Below are positions 42,457-50,438 of a DNA stretch of 64,000 nucleotides, piece by piece. Numbering within the stretch: the stretch's first letter is position 1; the number at the start of each line of letters is the position of its first letter. This DNA comes from an uncultured Holophaga sp. (GTDB taxonomy: Bacteria; Acidobacteriota; Holophagae; Holophagales; Holophagaceae), in the NCBI GenBank assembly GCA_963664825.1, contig OY761614.1, forward strand, positions 2,592,001-2,656,000, in the 5' to 3' direction. Both the position numbers and the translations under genes were made by a program. Below the pieces are notes generated by a model. The model searched no databases, was not told the origin of the DNA, and was given only the letters and a program-made list of their open reading frames with translations.

Positions 42457-44076
42457 ATGTCCTCCTTCCGCACCCTCCTTCTCGTGGTCCTCGGGCTGGC
42501 CGCCGTGCTGGCTGGGCAGGAGCCCGCGCCGACGGAATGGGAAACCCTTGAAGCGAAGGGAGCCGTCCTTGGTGAGATCCGCCTCCTCCTGGGTGAGGTC
42601 TTCGACCTTCGGAAACCGGAAGAGGCCCACTGGGTTGGCCGCCTCGCCAATGCGCTCCATCCCACCACCCGGGAGAGGGTGGTCCGCCGCGAACTGGATT
42701 TCAAGGAGGGGGAACGGGTCTCCGCCCGGAGGATCCACGAGAGTGAGCGCCGCCTCCGCGCCTTCCGCTTCCTGAAGGATGCGCGGATCTGGCCCGAGCC
42801 GATGCCGGATGGACGGATCCGGGCCGTGGTGGAGACCCAGGACGCCTGGAGCCTCAAGGCCAGCCTCGAGTTCAACCGTATCGGTGGCCAGAATGCTTTC
42901 GGGTTTGGCCTCAAGGAGGTGAACATCCTCGGTGCGGGGAAGGCGCTGACGCTGGAGTGGAACAAGGATTCCGACCGCACGAACACCCTCGTCCAGTTCC
43001 AGGATTTCCAGGTCCTCGGCAGCGCCTGGACCCTGCTGGGCGTCTACCAGAGACGCTCCGATGGGAAGGCGCGGCAGTTTGCGCTGAACCGGCCTTTCCG
43101 GGGCCTGGATGATCCCTGGGCTGCGGACGTCCAGGCCGCTGACCAGGCATCTGTCGTCTCCCTCTACCAGCATGGCCAGGTGGCCTACGAGGTGCCTGTG
43201 AACGAGAAGACCGCAGCGGCCGGTTTCGCATGGGTCATCGGCAGGTATGACGCCATCGTCCAGCGCCTGCGCCTGGGTTTGGATTACCGCCAAGTGCGCT
43301 ACGGCACACCCCAGGCACCCCGTCCCGATCTCCTGCCGGCCCCGCGCCTGGAGGAGCAGCGTCTCGTTGGCCCTTCTCTCTCCTTGAGCCTCTTCCAGGA
43401 CGGCTTCCGCACCTACCACGACCTGGCAGGCCTGACCCATACCGAGGACTACAACCTGGGCTGGGACCTCCGGTTGGCCGCAGGCTGGTACCTTCGGTCC
43501 CTGGGTTCGGACCTCAACGCGCCCTTCCTGCGGATGAGTCTCGGCAAGGGTTGGGCACCTGGGAATTCGCTGCTCCTCCTGCGGGTCAGCGGGGAGGGCT
43601 ATCGCGAGACCGGGGAGATGCGGGACGGGCAACTGAACGCAAGCCTCACCTGGTACGGGCCGGTGGGAAAACACTTTGGGAGCGCGGCCCGGGTGGACTT
43701 CGACGCAATGCAGGATGGGGGGCCCCAGGATGTGCTCTACCTGGGCGGTTTGGAGGGCTTCCGGGGCTATCCCAACCACTTCCTGGTGGGCGACCGCCGA
43801 TGGATCGCCTCCTTCGAGGAACGGGCCCTCACCGACCTGCGCTTCTGGGGCCTCTTCCGGCTGGGCTTCGCCGCCTTCGCCGATGTCGGGGCCATCCGAA
43901 ATCTGAAACCAGGTGCCTGGAGCCGTACCTACGCGGACCTGGGCGGTGGGCTCCGGGTGGGGGACCTCAAGAGCTCCCTGGGGAGAGTGGTCTACATCTA
44001 TCTTGCGCGGCCCCTCGTGTGGGAGCCGGGCCAGGACCGCTGGCAGCTACTCTTTGGAAACATCGTGCGGTTTTGA
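42457..44076 (+). CDS. BamA/TamA-like outer-membrane protein
   Basis: Signal peptide, POTRA-like TRERVVRREL...ESERRLR, FRGY motif, terminal Phe. Confidence 0.8.
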   Translation: MSSFRTLLLVVLGLAAVLAGQEPAPTEWETLEAKGAVLGEIRLLLGEVFDLRKPEEAHWVGRLANALHPTTRERVVRRELDFKEGERVSARRIHESERRLRAFRFLKDARIWPEPMPDGRIRAVVETQDAWSLKASLEFNRIGGQNAFGFGLKEVNILGAGKALTLEWNKDSDRTNTLVQFQDFQVLGSAWTLLGVYQRRSDGKARQFALNRPFRGLDDPWAADVQAADQASVVSLYQHGQVAYEVPVNEKTAAAGFAWVIGRYDAIVQRLRLGLDYRQVRYGTPQAPRPDLLPAPRLEEQRLVGPSLSLSLFQDGFRTYHDLAGLTHTEDYNLGWDLRLAAGWYLRSLGSDLNAPFLRMSLGKGWAPGNSLLLLRVSGEGYRETGEMRDGQLNASLTWYGPVGKHFGSAARVDFDAMQDGGPQDVLYLGGLEGFRGYPNHFLVGDRRWIASFEERALTDLRFWGLFRLGFAAFADVGAIRNLKPGAWSRTYADLGGGLRVGDLKSSLGRVVYIYLARPLVWEPGQDRWQLLFGNIVRF

Positions 44077-44117
44077 AAGGAGGCAGCACCCTGGTGGCCA
44101 TCCTGGGAAGAGTCCTC

Positions 44118-44834
44118 CTAGTGCTCCCGGTGCTCGCCTTCCCAGCGTCCGCTCCAGCGATCCTTGCCGTTGCCCCAGTCGCCCCGGTCCCAGCCGCGGA
44201 ACATGGCGCCATCCACTAGGCTATTCTCGCGGTATTCAAACATCTTCTCCCGGCCATTGGGGCCGCGGGCATAGATGCGCAGGGTCTTCACTTGGCCCCG
44301 ATCGGGATCCACGCCGAAGGTGTCGTTGCTGGCCCGGAACATCTGGTCGCGCCGAGCCCCTTCCCGAAGGCGTTGGGTGACATCCACATGGTGGCGCTCG
44401 GTTCCATACTGGGCGCTCAGGATGAGGAACTCACCCTCGTCGCCGTTCCAGCGTCCGCTCCAACGCTCGTTGCCACGGCCCCAGTCGCCCCGGTCCCAGC
44501 CGCGGAACATGGCGCCATCCACTAGGCTATTCTCGCGGTATTCAAACATCTTCTCCCGGCCATTGGGGCCGCGGGCATAGATGCGCAGGGTCTTCACTTG
44601 GCCCCGATCGGGATCCACCCGAAAGGCGTCATTGCTGGCCCGGAACATCCGGTCGCGCCGGGCCTCTTCACGCAGCCGTTGGGTGACGTCCACATGGTGG
44701 TGCTCGGTCCCGTACTGGGCGCTGATAATCACGAATTCGCCAGCATCGCGGCCTGGCTGCTGGGCGACGGCCCTGGCTGGCAGGAACAGCGAGAGGGCCA
44801 GCATGAGGAGGAGCATGAATCGAGTGGGTCTCAT
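44118..44834 (-). CDS. Secreted protein with two tandem ~100-aa domains
   Basis: Signal peptide; SAQYG...VDVTQRL...DPDRGQVKTLRIY repeated twice; GGAG RBS. Confidence 0.85.
   Translation of the reverse strand: MRPTRFMLLLMLALSLFLPARAVAQQPGRDAGEFVIISAQYGTEHHHVDVTQRLREEARRDRMFRASNDAFRVDPDRGQVKTLRIYARGPNGREKMFEYRENSLVDGAMFRGWDRGDWGRGNERWSGRWNGDEGEFLILSAQYGTERHHVDVTQRLREGARRDQMFRASNDTFGVDPDRGQVKTLRIYARGPNGREKMFEYRENSLVDGAMFRGWDRGDWGNGKDRWSGRWEGEHREH
44172..44618. repeat. Intragenic tandem duplication, period 306 bp
   Basis: 44172-44312 identical to 44478-44618 (141 nt). Confidence 0.92.
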
Positions 44835-44926
44835 GGAGGTGTCCTGTGAAGTCCCGAGGGCGTTATAGAGAAAATTGAGTTTACCTCGATCTTCCCGAGT
44901 TCCCTAGGAACCGCCTTGAAGCGGCG

Positions 44927-44946
44927 CACCCCGCTGGCGCGGGGTG
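44927..44946 (-). terminator. Hairpin downstream of the tRNA 3' fragment
   Basis: CACCCCGC-TGGC-GCGGGGTG. Confidence 0.5.
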
Positions 44947-44953
44947 TCTGGGA

Positions 44954-44973
44954 TGGCGGAGGGGGCGGGATTC
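44954..44973 (-). other. tRNA-Ser-like 3'-end fragment (att-like island boundary)
   Basis: Minus strand GAAT-CCCGC-CCCCTCC-G-CCA = T-loop end, 5-nt T-stem, 7-nt acceptor strand, G discriminator, CCA; the rest of the tRNA is absent. Confidence 0.75.
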
Positions 44974-45008
44974 CCCTTGCGGGCCGCACGACTGGCTGCG
45001 TCCGCCGC

Positions 45009-45080
45009 TGTAGCGCGGCAAAATGAATCATCGGGAATCCGTCAGAATGATTGGTAGCTTTCAATCATTTTGACGGATTC
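45009..45080 (+). repeat. Mu-like right end (R1, R2, inverted R3)
   Basis: TGTAGCGCGGCAAAATGAATC; GAATCCGTCAGAATGATTG (45035-53); inverted CAATCATTTTGACGGATTC (45062-80). Confidence 0.8.
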
Positions 45081-45347
45081 TCGGCCTGGAAAGCGCGAGA
45101 GACAAACTGGCTCCCGTTGTCGTGGCGGAGTTTTAACCCGGCGGCGGCTTCTCCCACGCTGCCGAATTCTGATGGCTCTTGTGTCGCTATCACCGCCAAC
45201 CCATGGGGACATACTCGTAAAGTTCATCCCCAATGCGGTTCGAGTAGAACATCCCCCGCCAGAACCGGGGGTTTCCCTAAAAGCAGTGATGCCCGGCCAA
45301 TCTTGGGTGCCGAGGGCTCAAGGGATTACAATCCATCAGAGGCTCAA

Positions 45348-46454
45348 ATGCAGATTGATTTTCACCACGCGACCACCTATGTACTCTCGCGTTTGGCTGG
45401 CTTTAGCCATCCGGAGGCTCGTACCATCGCATATGCGGCGCAATACGTGGACGACGCCACATGTTCGGGCACGGTGTACCTCGAAGGCCGTGCCCCTTTT
45501 GACCGTGTGGCCTCGGCGCACCCGATTGATCCACGGGATGCCGAGTGCCCTCAGGATTTTATGGAAAACGCCAACAACGTGGGCAACTTGGCATCCTGGT
45601 CCCTTTTCCATTTCCTTCCCGGCAATGGCGGGGAAATAGCTGGCCAGGGAATGGATCTTGCCATGGTGGACCGCTTTGTCTGCACTCCGGACAGCCCTGT
45701 CGCCAATGCCATGTGGACTGCCTGCCGGGAGGCCAAGGGTACTCCACATGCCTTATACCGCCTGGGCATCACCGCGCATGTTTATGTCGACACGTGGGCG
45801 CACCAAGGGTTTGTGGGGATGAAACATGCCCGCAACCATGCGCACGACCTTGACCGGCCCGGTTTCAGTGTGAAAGAGCTGCTGGACAACCTTGGATCGC
45901 AGGCATTTCGGGAGTTCCCCTTAGGGCATGCCATGGGTATGACCCTGCCAGACATGCCCTTTCTCACTTGGTCCTATGTCAACTATGATGGGAACAAAAT
46001 CCTTCGCAATAACACTCTCGACTTTCTGGCTGCCAGCCAACGCCTCGTGGAGCAGATGGGGTATTTTCGAGGGGAAGAGGCCCATCTGCAGGAAGCCGAC
46101 CGTGCCGCCCTGGAACATGCCTTCCGGACCATCCAGCACACCGATGGGCGCCAGCGTCACAGGGGATGGTTGGACCTCCTCGCCCACAATCCATTCTCGT
46201 TTGGCATTCTAAGCCCTGTGGAGTTGGAGGAATTGGCATACCCGGACAAAGGTAAGGGCGTTGGATCCTGGAAAGAGGAAGCCCTGGGAACGGCCAGTCT
46301 TGTCAATAACCCTGGCCCTTTCACCTATACCCCAGCTTTTGAAACAAGCCATTGGAAGCTCTTTCATGAAGCTCTCAAGGATCATCGAAATATCGTCTGG
46401 GGAAGCATCTTTCGTGACTTCGGCTTGGTGCCAAGCGTGGCCCTCGAGGCCTGA
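45348..46454 (+). CDS. DUF6765-like protein
   Basis: MQIDFHHATTYVLSRLAGF...IAYAAQYVDD; LGITAHVYVDTWAHQGF. Confidence 0.8.
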   Translation: MQIDFHHATTYVLSRLAGFSHPEARTIAYAAQYVDDATCSGTVYLEGRAPFDRVASAHPIDPRDAECPQDFMENANNVGNLASWSLFHFLPGNGGEIAGQGMDLAMVDRFVCTPDSPVANAMWTACREAKGTPHALYRLGITAHVYVDTWAHQGFVGMKHARNHAHDLDRPGFSVKELLDNLGSQAFREFPLGHAMGMTLPDMPFLTWSYVNYDGNKILRNNTLDFLAASQRLVEQMGYFRGEEAHLQEADRAALEHAFRTIQHTDGRQRHRGWLDLLAHNPFSFGILSPVELEELAYPDKGKGVGSWKEEALGTASLVNNPGPFTYTPAFETSHWKLFHEALKDHRNIVWGSIFRDFGLVPSVALEA

Positions 46455-46540
46455 CGCCAGACGACTTCCACATATGTGCCCTGACCCTCCAAAACCTCAT
46501 CGCAGGGGTGAAGGGCCGCGCAAGGTGAGTCCGACTCCTT

Positions 46541-46759
46541 GTGGTAATAGCCGAGGTAGCCCTTCAGAAACCGCATCAGGTGCTGCTCGTCCAGCACAAT
46601 GACATGGTCGAGTAGCTCACGCCTGAGGGTTTTGATGAAACGCTCGCAGGCACCGTTTTGCCATGGGCTTCGGAAGCTGGCCTGCTTGGGGATGATGCCC
46701 ATAGACTGGATGAACGCCTTCAGGGCACCGAAGATCGTGTCCCGGTCGAAGATCAGATA
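46541..46759 (-). pseudogene. Integrase-core (rve) transposase C-terminal fragment
   Basis: YLIFDRDTIF...SPWQNGACERFIKTLRRELLDHVIV. Confidence 0.85.
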
Positions 46760-46789
46760 CCCTAAAATCCTGAACTACCTAAAAAGTTA

Positions 46790-48119
46790 GGTTCTTCACG
46801 TTTTTCCGGGGAAGGCCGCACGGATCTTAAGGAAGAAGTAGCCCTCATCCCGGTAGCCGTAGGCGATGCGCTTGAGGACTTTGATCTTGTTGTTGATCCC
46901 TTCCTGGACGCTGGTATTGAGCGGCCAGCGGCAATGGGAGAGGATTCCGTCGATCCGCTGGGCGAGATTCTTGGCGAACTTCACGAGGGGCTGGAGTCCA
47001 CTTGAGGTGGCGAGTTCCATCCAGTTCTCCCAGGCCTTCAGAGCCCAGCCCTCCCGCGTGTAGCGCCACAGTGCCTTCAGGGCGTCTTTCAGCACGTAGG
47101 CGGTCATCAGAGGCTGGTTCGCGTCCAATAACTCGTTGAGGCGGACTTTGGCATCCCGATTCGGCAGGTTCTCCCAATTGCCCAGCAGGAGCCACTTCGC
47201 GCCCTTGACGAGCTCCCGCGAGGCCTTGTCGTGCCGGTATCGATTGGCCTCATCCACCCGGATCCGGTCGATGACGTCATGGCCGTACTTTGCCACGACA
47301 TGAAACTGGTCGTAGACGATCTCGGCGTTGGGACAGCGCGCCCGGACTTCGCCTTCGAAGGCCGCCGACATGTCTATGCCCACGGCCTGGATCCGTTTGC
47401 AGCCCTTCTTCCCGATCAGATCGAAGAACGGGCGGATGTCCTCGCGGCCACGCCCTTTCCCGACCCAGAGCACGCGACGCGTTTCCGCATCCGTGATGAC
47501 CGTGGCATAGCTCTGTCCCTTGTGGATGGCGAATTCGTCCATCAGAAGAAGCCTCGCCTTGCTCAGCTTCACGGGCCCAAGTTCTCGGTCCAGGTAAGCC
47601 TTGTCGATCGCCTTCACCGTGCCCCAGTGCAGGTCATAGTGCTCCGCGACCTGTTTGATGGGCATGACCTTGCAAAGCCGCGCCACGCTCGCGGCAAGCC
47701 GGTTCGTGATCCGGGCATGGGGCTCCAACCAGTCCAGGGCTTCCAGCTTCGGGCCGCACCGGGGGCAGGCTACTCGAGCCCGCCACACCACTAGGACTGT
47801 GTCGGCGTCGAACAGCGGAAGGTCGCGGATCTCCCGCTCTGACCAGTCGTGGACGCTCCGCACGAAATGCCCACAACCGCTGCACTTCCGGGGATGATCG
47901 CCGAACCCAAGCAACTCGATCCACACCTCGGCCCGCGGCCCCTTCACCCCGGCTTCGAAGCGCTCCACGATTCCGACGCGTTGCCCTTTCCACCCGCCCA
48001 AGCGGGACATAAGCTCTTTGGTAGGCAGTGGCGGCCTCCTTCATCTCGAGTTCTCGACAAACCCAAGATGCCTGAAATCCGCCACTGCCGACCTACTTCA
48101 CGCAAATCCGCGAAGAACC
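46790..48119 (-). mobile_element. ISL3-family insertion sequence
   Basis: Terminal IRs beginning GGTTCTTC; 8-bp TSD AAAAGTTA (46782-89, 48120-27); empty site seen near 57763-70. Confidence 0.93.
46796..48010 (-). CDS. ISL3 family transposase
   Basis: CxxC...CxxC, MDEFAIHKG, IDMSAAF, YDQFHV, EGINNKIKVLKRIAYGYRD. Confidence 0.95.
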   Translation of the reverse strand: MSRLGGWKGQRVGIVERFEAGVKGPRAEVWIELLGFGDHPRKCSGCGHFVRSVHDWSEREIRDLPLFDADTVLVVWRARVACPRCGPKLEALDWLEPHARITNRLAASVARLCKVMPIKQVAEHYDLHWGTVKAIDKAYLDRELGPVKLSKARLLLMDEFAIHKGQSYATVITDAETRRVLWVGKGRGREDIRPFFDLIGKKGCKRIQAVGIDMSAAFEGEVRARCPNAEIVYDQFHVVAKYGHDVIDRIRVDEANRYRHDKASRELVKGAKWLLLGNWENLPNRDAKVRLNELLDANQPLMTAYVLKDALKALWRYTREGWALKAWENWMELATSSGLQPLVKFAKNLAQRIDGILSHCRWPLNTSVQEGINNKIKVLKRIAYGYRDEGYFFLKIRAAFPGKT

Positions 48120-48148
48120 AAAAGTTAGGGTTTCACTGCGGGGCTCCT

Positions 48149-48406
48149 TCATTCTGGGACCGTCAGCCCACCCGCAATAAGCCCCTCCAGGCTCTTTCGC
48201 TCTACCAGCAGCCTCCGCCCGCCGTTGGGTCCGGGACGCTGCCAGATGGCCACCCTGGGCGCCTTGCGATCACAGCAGGCGGCCCGGAAGGAATCCGGTT
48301 CCATGCCCATGGCGCGGGCGGCGGCCTTGACGGGGATCCAGCCTCCTTCGGAGATTAGCTCTAGGAGATTGGCTGAATCACTGGGCAGACACGGCCCCTG
48401 GCTCAC
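48149..48406 (-). CDS. Small HTH/excisionase-like protein, copy 1
   Basis: WIPVKAAARAMGMEPDSFR; near-identical to 57791-58048. Confidence 0.7.
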   Translation of the reverse strand: MSQGPCLPSDSANLLELISEGGWIPVKAAARAMGMEPDSFRAACCDRKAPRVAIWQRPGPNGGRRLLVERKSLEGLIAGGLTVPE

Positions 48407-48739
48407 TGTTCGTTCCTGGCGAACGGCTGTCCTCATCACTCCTCCTCCACCGCAGGCTTCCCGCTTTTTGGCAGTTTCAGAAAGGGGCCTTGGCCCCTTT
48501 TCTCTGTTTCTCCCCTGCCGTCTGTCCCGGTCGTGAGCCGGTCGATGCGTTCAAGTTTGGCTTCTTTCTGGCGGCTCAAATACAGGCCAAAGGGGAAACA
48601 AGGATGACCGAAGGGAATCCGCCAGGTTCCAGTTTGGACGCTCAATGGATGCGTTCCTGAGGTGGCATTGATGACCAAAGACCGCCCCCGATAGGGGGTG
48701 GGCGTAGGGCACTTCATTCCAAAACGCCAAAAGCTGTCC

Positions 48740-49828
48740 TCATGGTTCGGAACGCGTCAACGACTTTGAGACAGAAAGTTGCCTGAATTCTCGCTTGGAC
48801 CCACCCGCTGCGGAGAGGTGCCGGGGCCATGGACAAGTCTTTGACTTGACCACAGCCCCTTGGAAAACGCTGCGCGTTTCCCACACCTCACAGCAGCCGA
48901 AGGAGATCATCATGCTGCGATTTCCTTTTTTGGGGGATTGATCCACGCCGGACTTGGCAGTGCGGGCGGCGTGGATCTCCTCGGCGCGGCCTTCGTGGAC
49001 GCTGGCGGGCGTCATCATGCCGATGCCGCTGTGCCGATGCAGATGGTTGTACCAATGGAAGTAGCGGCGGCAGAAGCTTCGCGCGTCCTCGATGGAACCG
49101 AACCGCTCCGGGAAGTCGGGGCTGTATTTCAGCGTCTTGAACTGCGATTCGGAATACGGGTTGTCGTCGGAAACGTGAGGCCGACTGTGGCTCTTCGTGA
49201 CCTTCAGGTCGGTGAGGAGGGTGCCCACCGTCTTGGAAACCATGGCTGGGCCTCGGTCCGAATGCAGGGTCAGTTCACCCGGCCGGATGCCATGCTGGAG
49301 GAAGGTCTGGCGGTGGAACTCCCTGGCGAGGTCCTCGTCCTCCCGCTCCTGCACGGTCCAGCCCACGACCAGGCGGCTGAACAGATCGATGGTCACGTAG
49401 AGCTTGAAGCGGCTGCCTCGCACGGGACCCTTGAGATCCGTGATATCCCAGCTCCACACCTGGTTCGGCGCCTGCGCGCAGAGTTCGGGTTTCACATAGA
49501 CCGGATGCCGCGCCTGGTCGCGCCGTTCCTTCACTTCCTGAGCCTCGTCGAGGATTCGGTACATGGTCCGCGACGAGCAGAGATAGCGGCCTTCATCCAT
49601 CAACGTCGCCTGGATCTCGGCGGGCGCACGGTCCACGAAACGCTCCGAATGACACACCTCCAGCACTGCCTGTCGTTCCGAGTCCGAGAGCGCCCGCGGG
49701 GATTTGGGACGAGGCCCGGGTGGACCTTTCGGCTTTCGGCGGCGGTAGAAGGTCGCCCGCGATACGCACAGCAGATCACAGGCCGGCTGAATCCCGATCT
49801 CTTCCGCCAAGGCTACCGCCGCCGTCAT
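48740..49828 (-). CDS. IS3-family transposase OrfB (frameshifted tail)
   Basis: PNQVWSWDIT, LHSDRG, DNPYSESQFKTLK. Confidence 0.9.
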   Translation of the reverse strand: MTAAVALAEEIGIQPACDLLCVSRATFYRRRKPKGPPGPRPKSPRALSDSERQAVLEVCHSERFVDRAPAEIQATLMDEGRYLCSSRTMYRILDEAQEVKERRDQARHPVYVKPELCAQAPNQVWSWDITDLKGPVRGSRFKLYVTIDLFSRLVVGWTVQEREDEDLAREFHRQTFLQHGIRPGELTLHSDRGPAMVSKTVGTLLTDLKVTKSHSRPHVSDDNPYSESQFKTLKYSPDFPERFGSIEDARSFCRRYFHWYNHLHRHSGIGMMTPASVHEGRAEEIHAARTAKSGVDQSPKKGNRSMMISFGCCEVWETRSVFQGAVVKSKTCPWPRHLSAAGGSKREFRQLSVSKSLTRSEP

Positions 49829-50307
49829 TCGCTGTCCTCGTTCTCGAACCGATGGCCCAGCGACAACTTCTCCATCAGTTCGGAGGCTTTTTTTGACATC
49901 TCCAGCATCCACTCGGCCCGCGCCAGCTTGCGTTTCAGGGCCTTGTTCTCCTTCTCCAGTTCCTTGTTCCGGGCCTCGTGCGGATCCCGCGGCTTCGGTC
50001 TCGGCCCTGGTTTTACCGGGTTCAGGGCGCCCAACGCCCCGAGCTCACGCTGCTGCCGCCAACTCGAAAGGTGCGAGGAATAGAGTCCCTCTCGCCGAAG
50101 CAATGCGGCGATCTGGCCCGGCACCGAGCACACATCCACCTCGGCCAGCACCTTCAACTTGTAGCTGGCGCTGAACCGCCGCCGTTTGGGGCGGCTCAAC
50201 TCCACCTCCCCGTTCCCCAACTTCAAGACCTTGCTCATCCCATTTCCTTCCCCGCCCCGACAAAAGACTCTGAAGTGTCTCCTGTCTCAAAAAGCTTGGC
50301 GCGGGGG
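48748..50307 (-). mobile_element. IS3-like insertion sequence with a damaged orfB C-terminus
   Basis: Subterminal inverted motif TGTCTCAAA....TTG(A/G)CGCG at both ends; orfA/orfB; exact tips approximate. Confidence 0.8.
49825..50238 (-). CDS. IS3-family transposase OrfA
   Basis: RRRFSASYKL...LLRREGLYSSHLSSWR; ATGA overlap with orfB. Confidence 0.9.
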   Translation of the reverse strand: MSKVLKLGNGEVELSRPKRRRFSASYKLKVLAEVDVCSVPGQIAALLRREGLYSSHLSSWRQQRELGALGALNPVKPGPRPKPRDPHEARNKELEKENKALKRKLARAEWMLEMSKKASELMEKLSLGHRFENEDSE

Positions 50308-50438
50308 GGTTGGGGTTATCCCCTGATCGAGGATTCCGACCAGATCGCCACCCAGCGCGAGAGTTCGGAAAAACGCCTGGAGAAGACCGGGGCGAACCTG
50401 AAGCCGGAACCGAAGGCGGTCTCGTCGATAAAAGGACC

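Noticed and set aside
45035..45080. 19-8-19 palindrome read as a loxP/dif-like recombinase site
   Set aside because: Single arms recur unpaired at 60410-60534 and align with the TGT termini, which fits transposase end sites R2/R3 better; no tyrosine recombinase is in the window
48436..48717. 93-aa ORF as a real gene
   Set aside because: No recognisable motif; lies between a deletion junction and an IS end, probably a remnant
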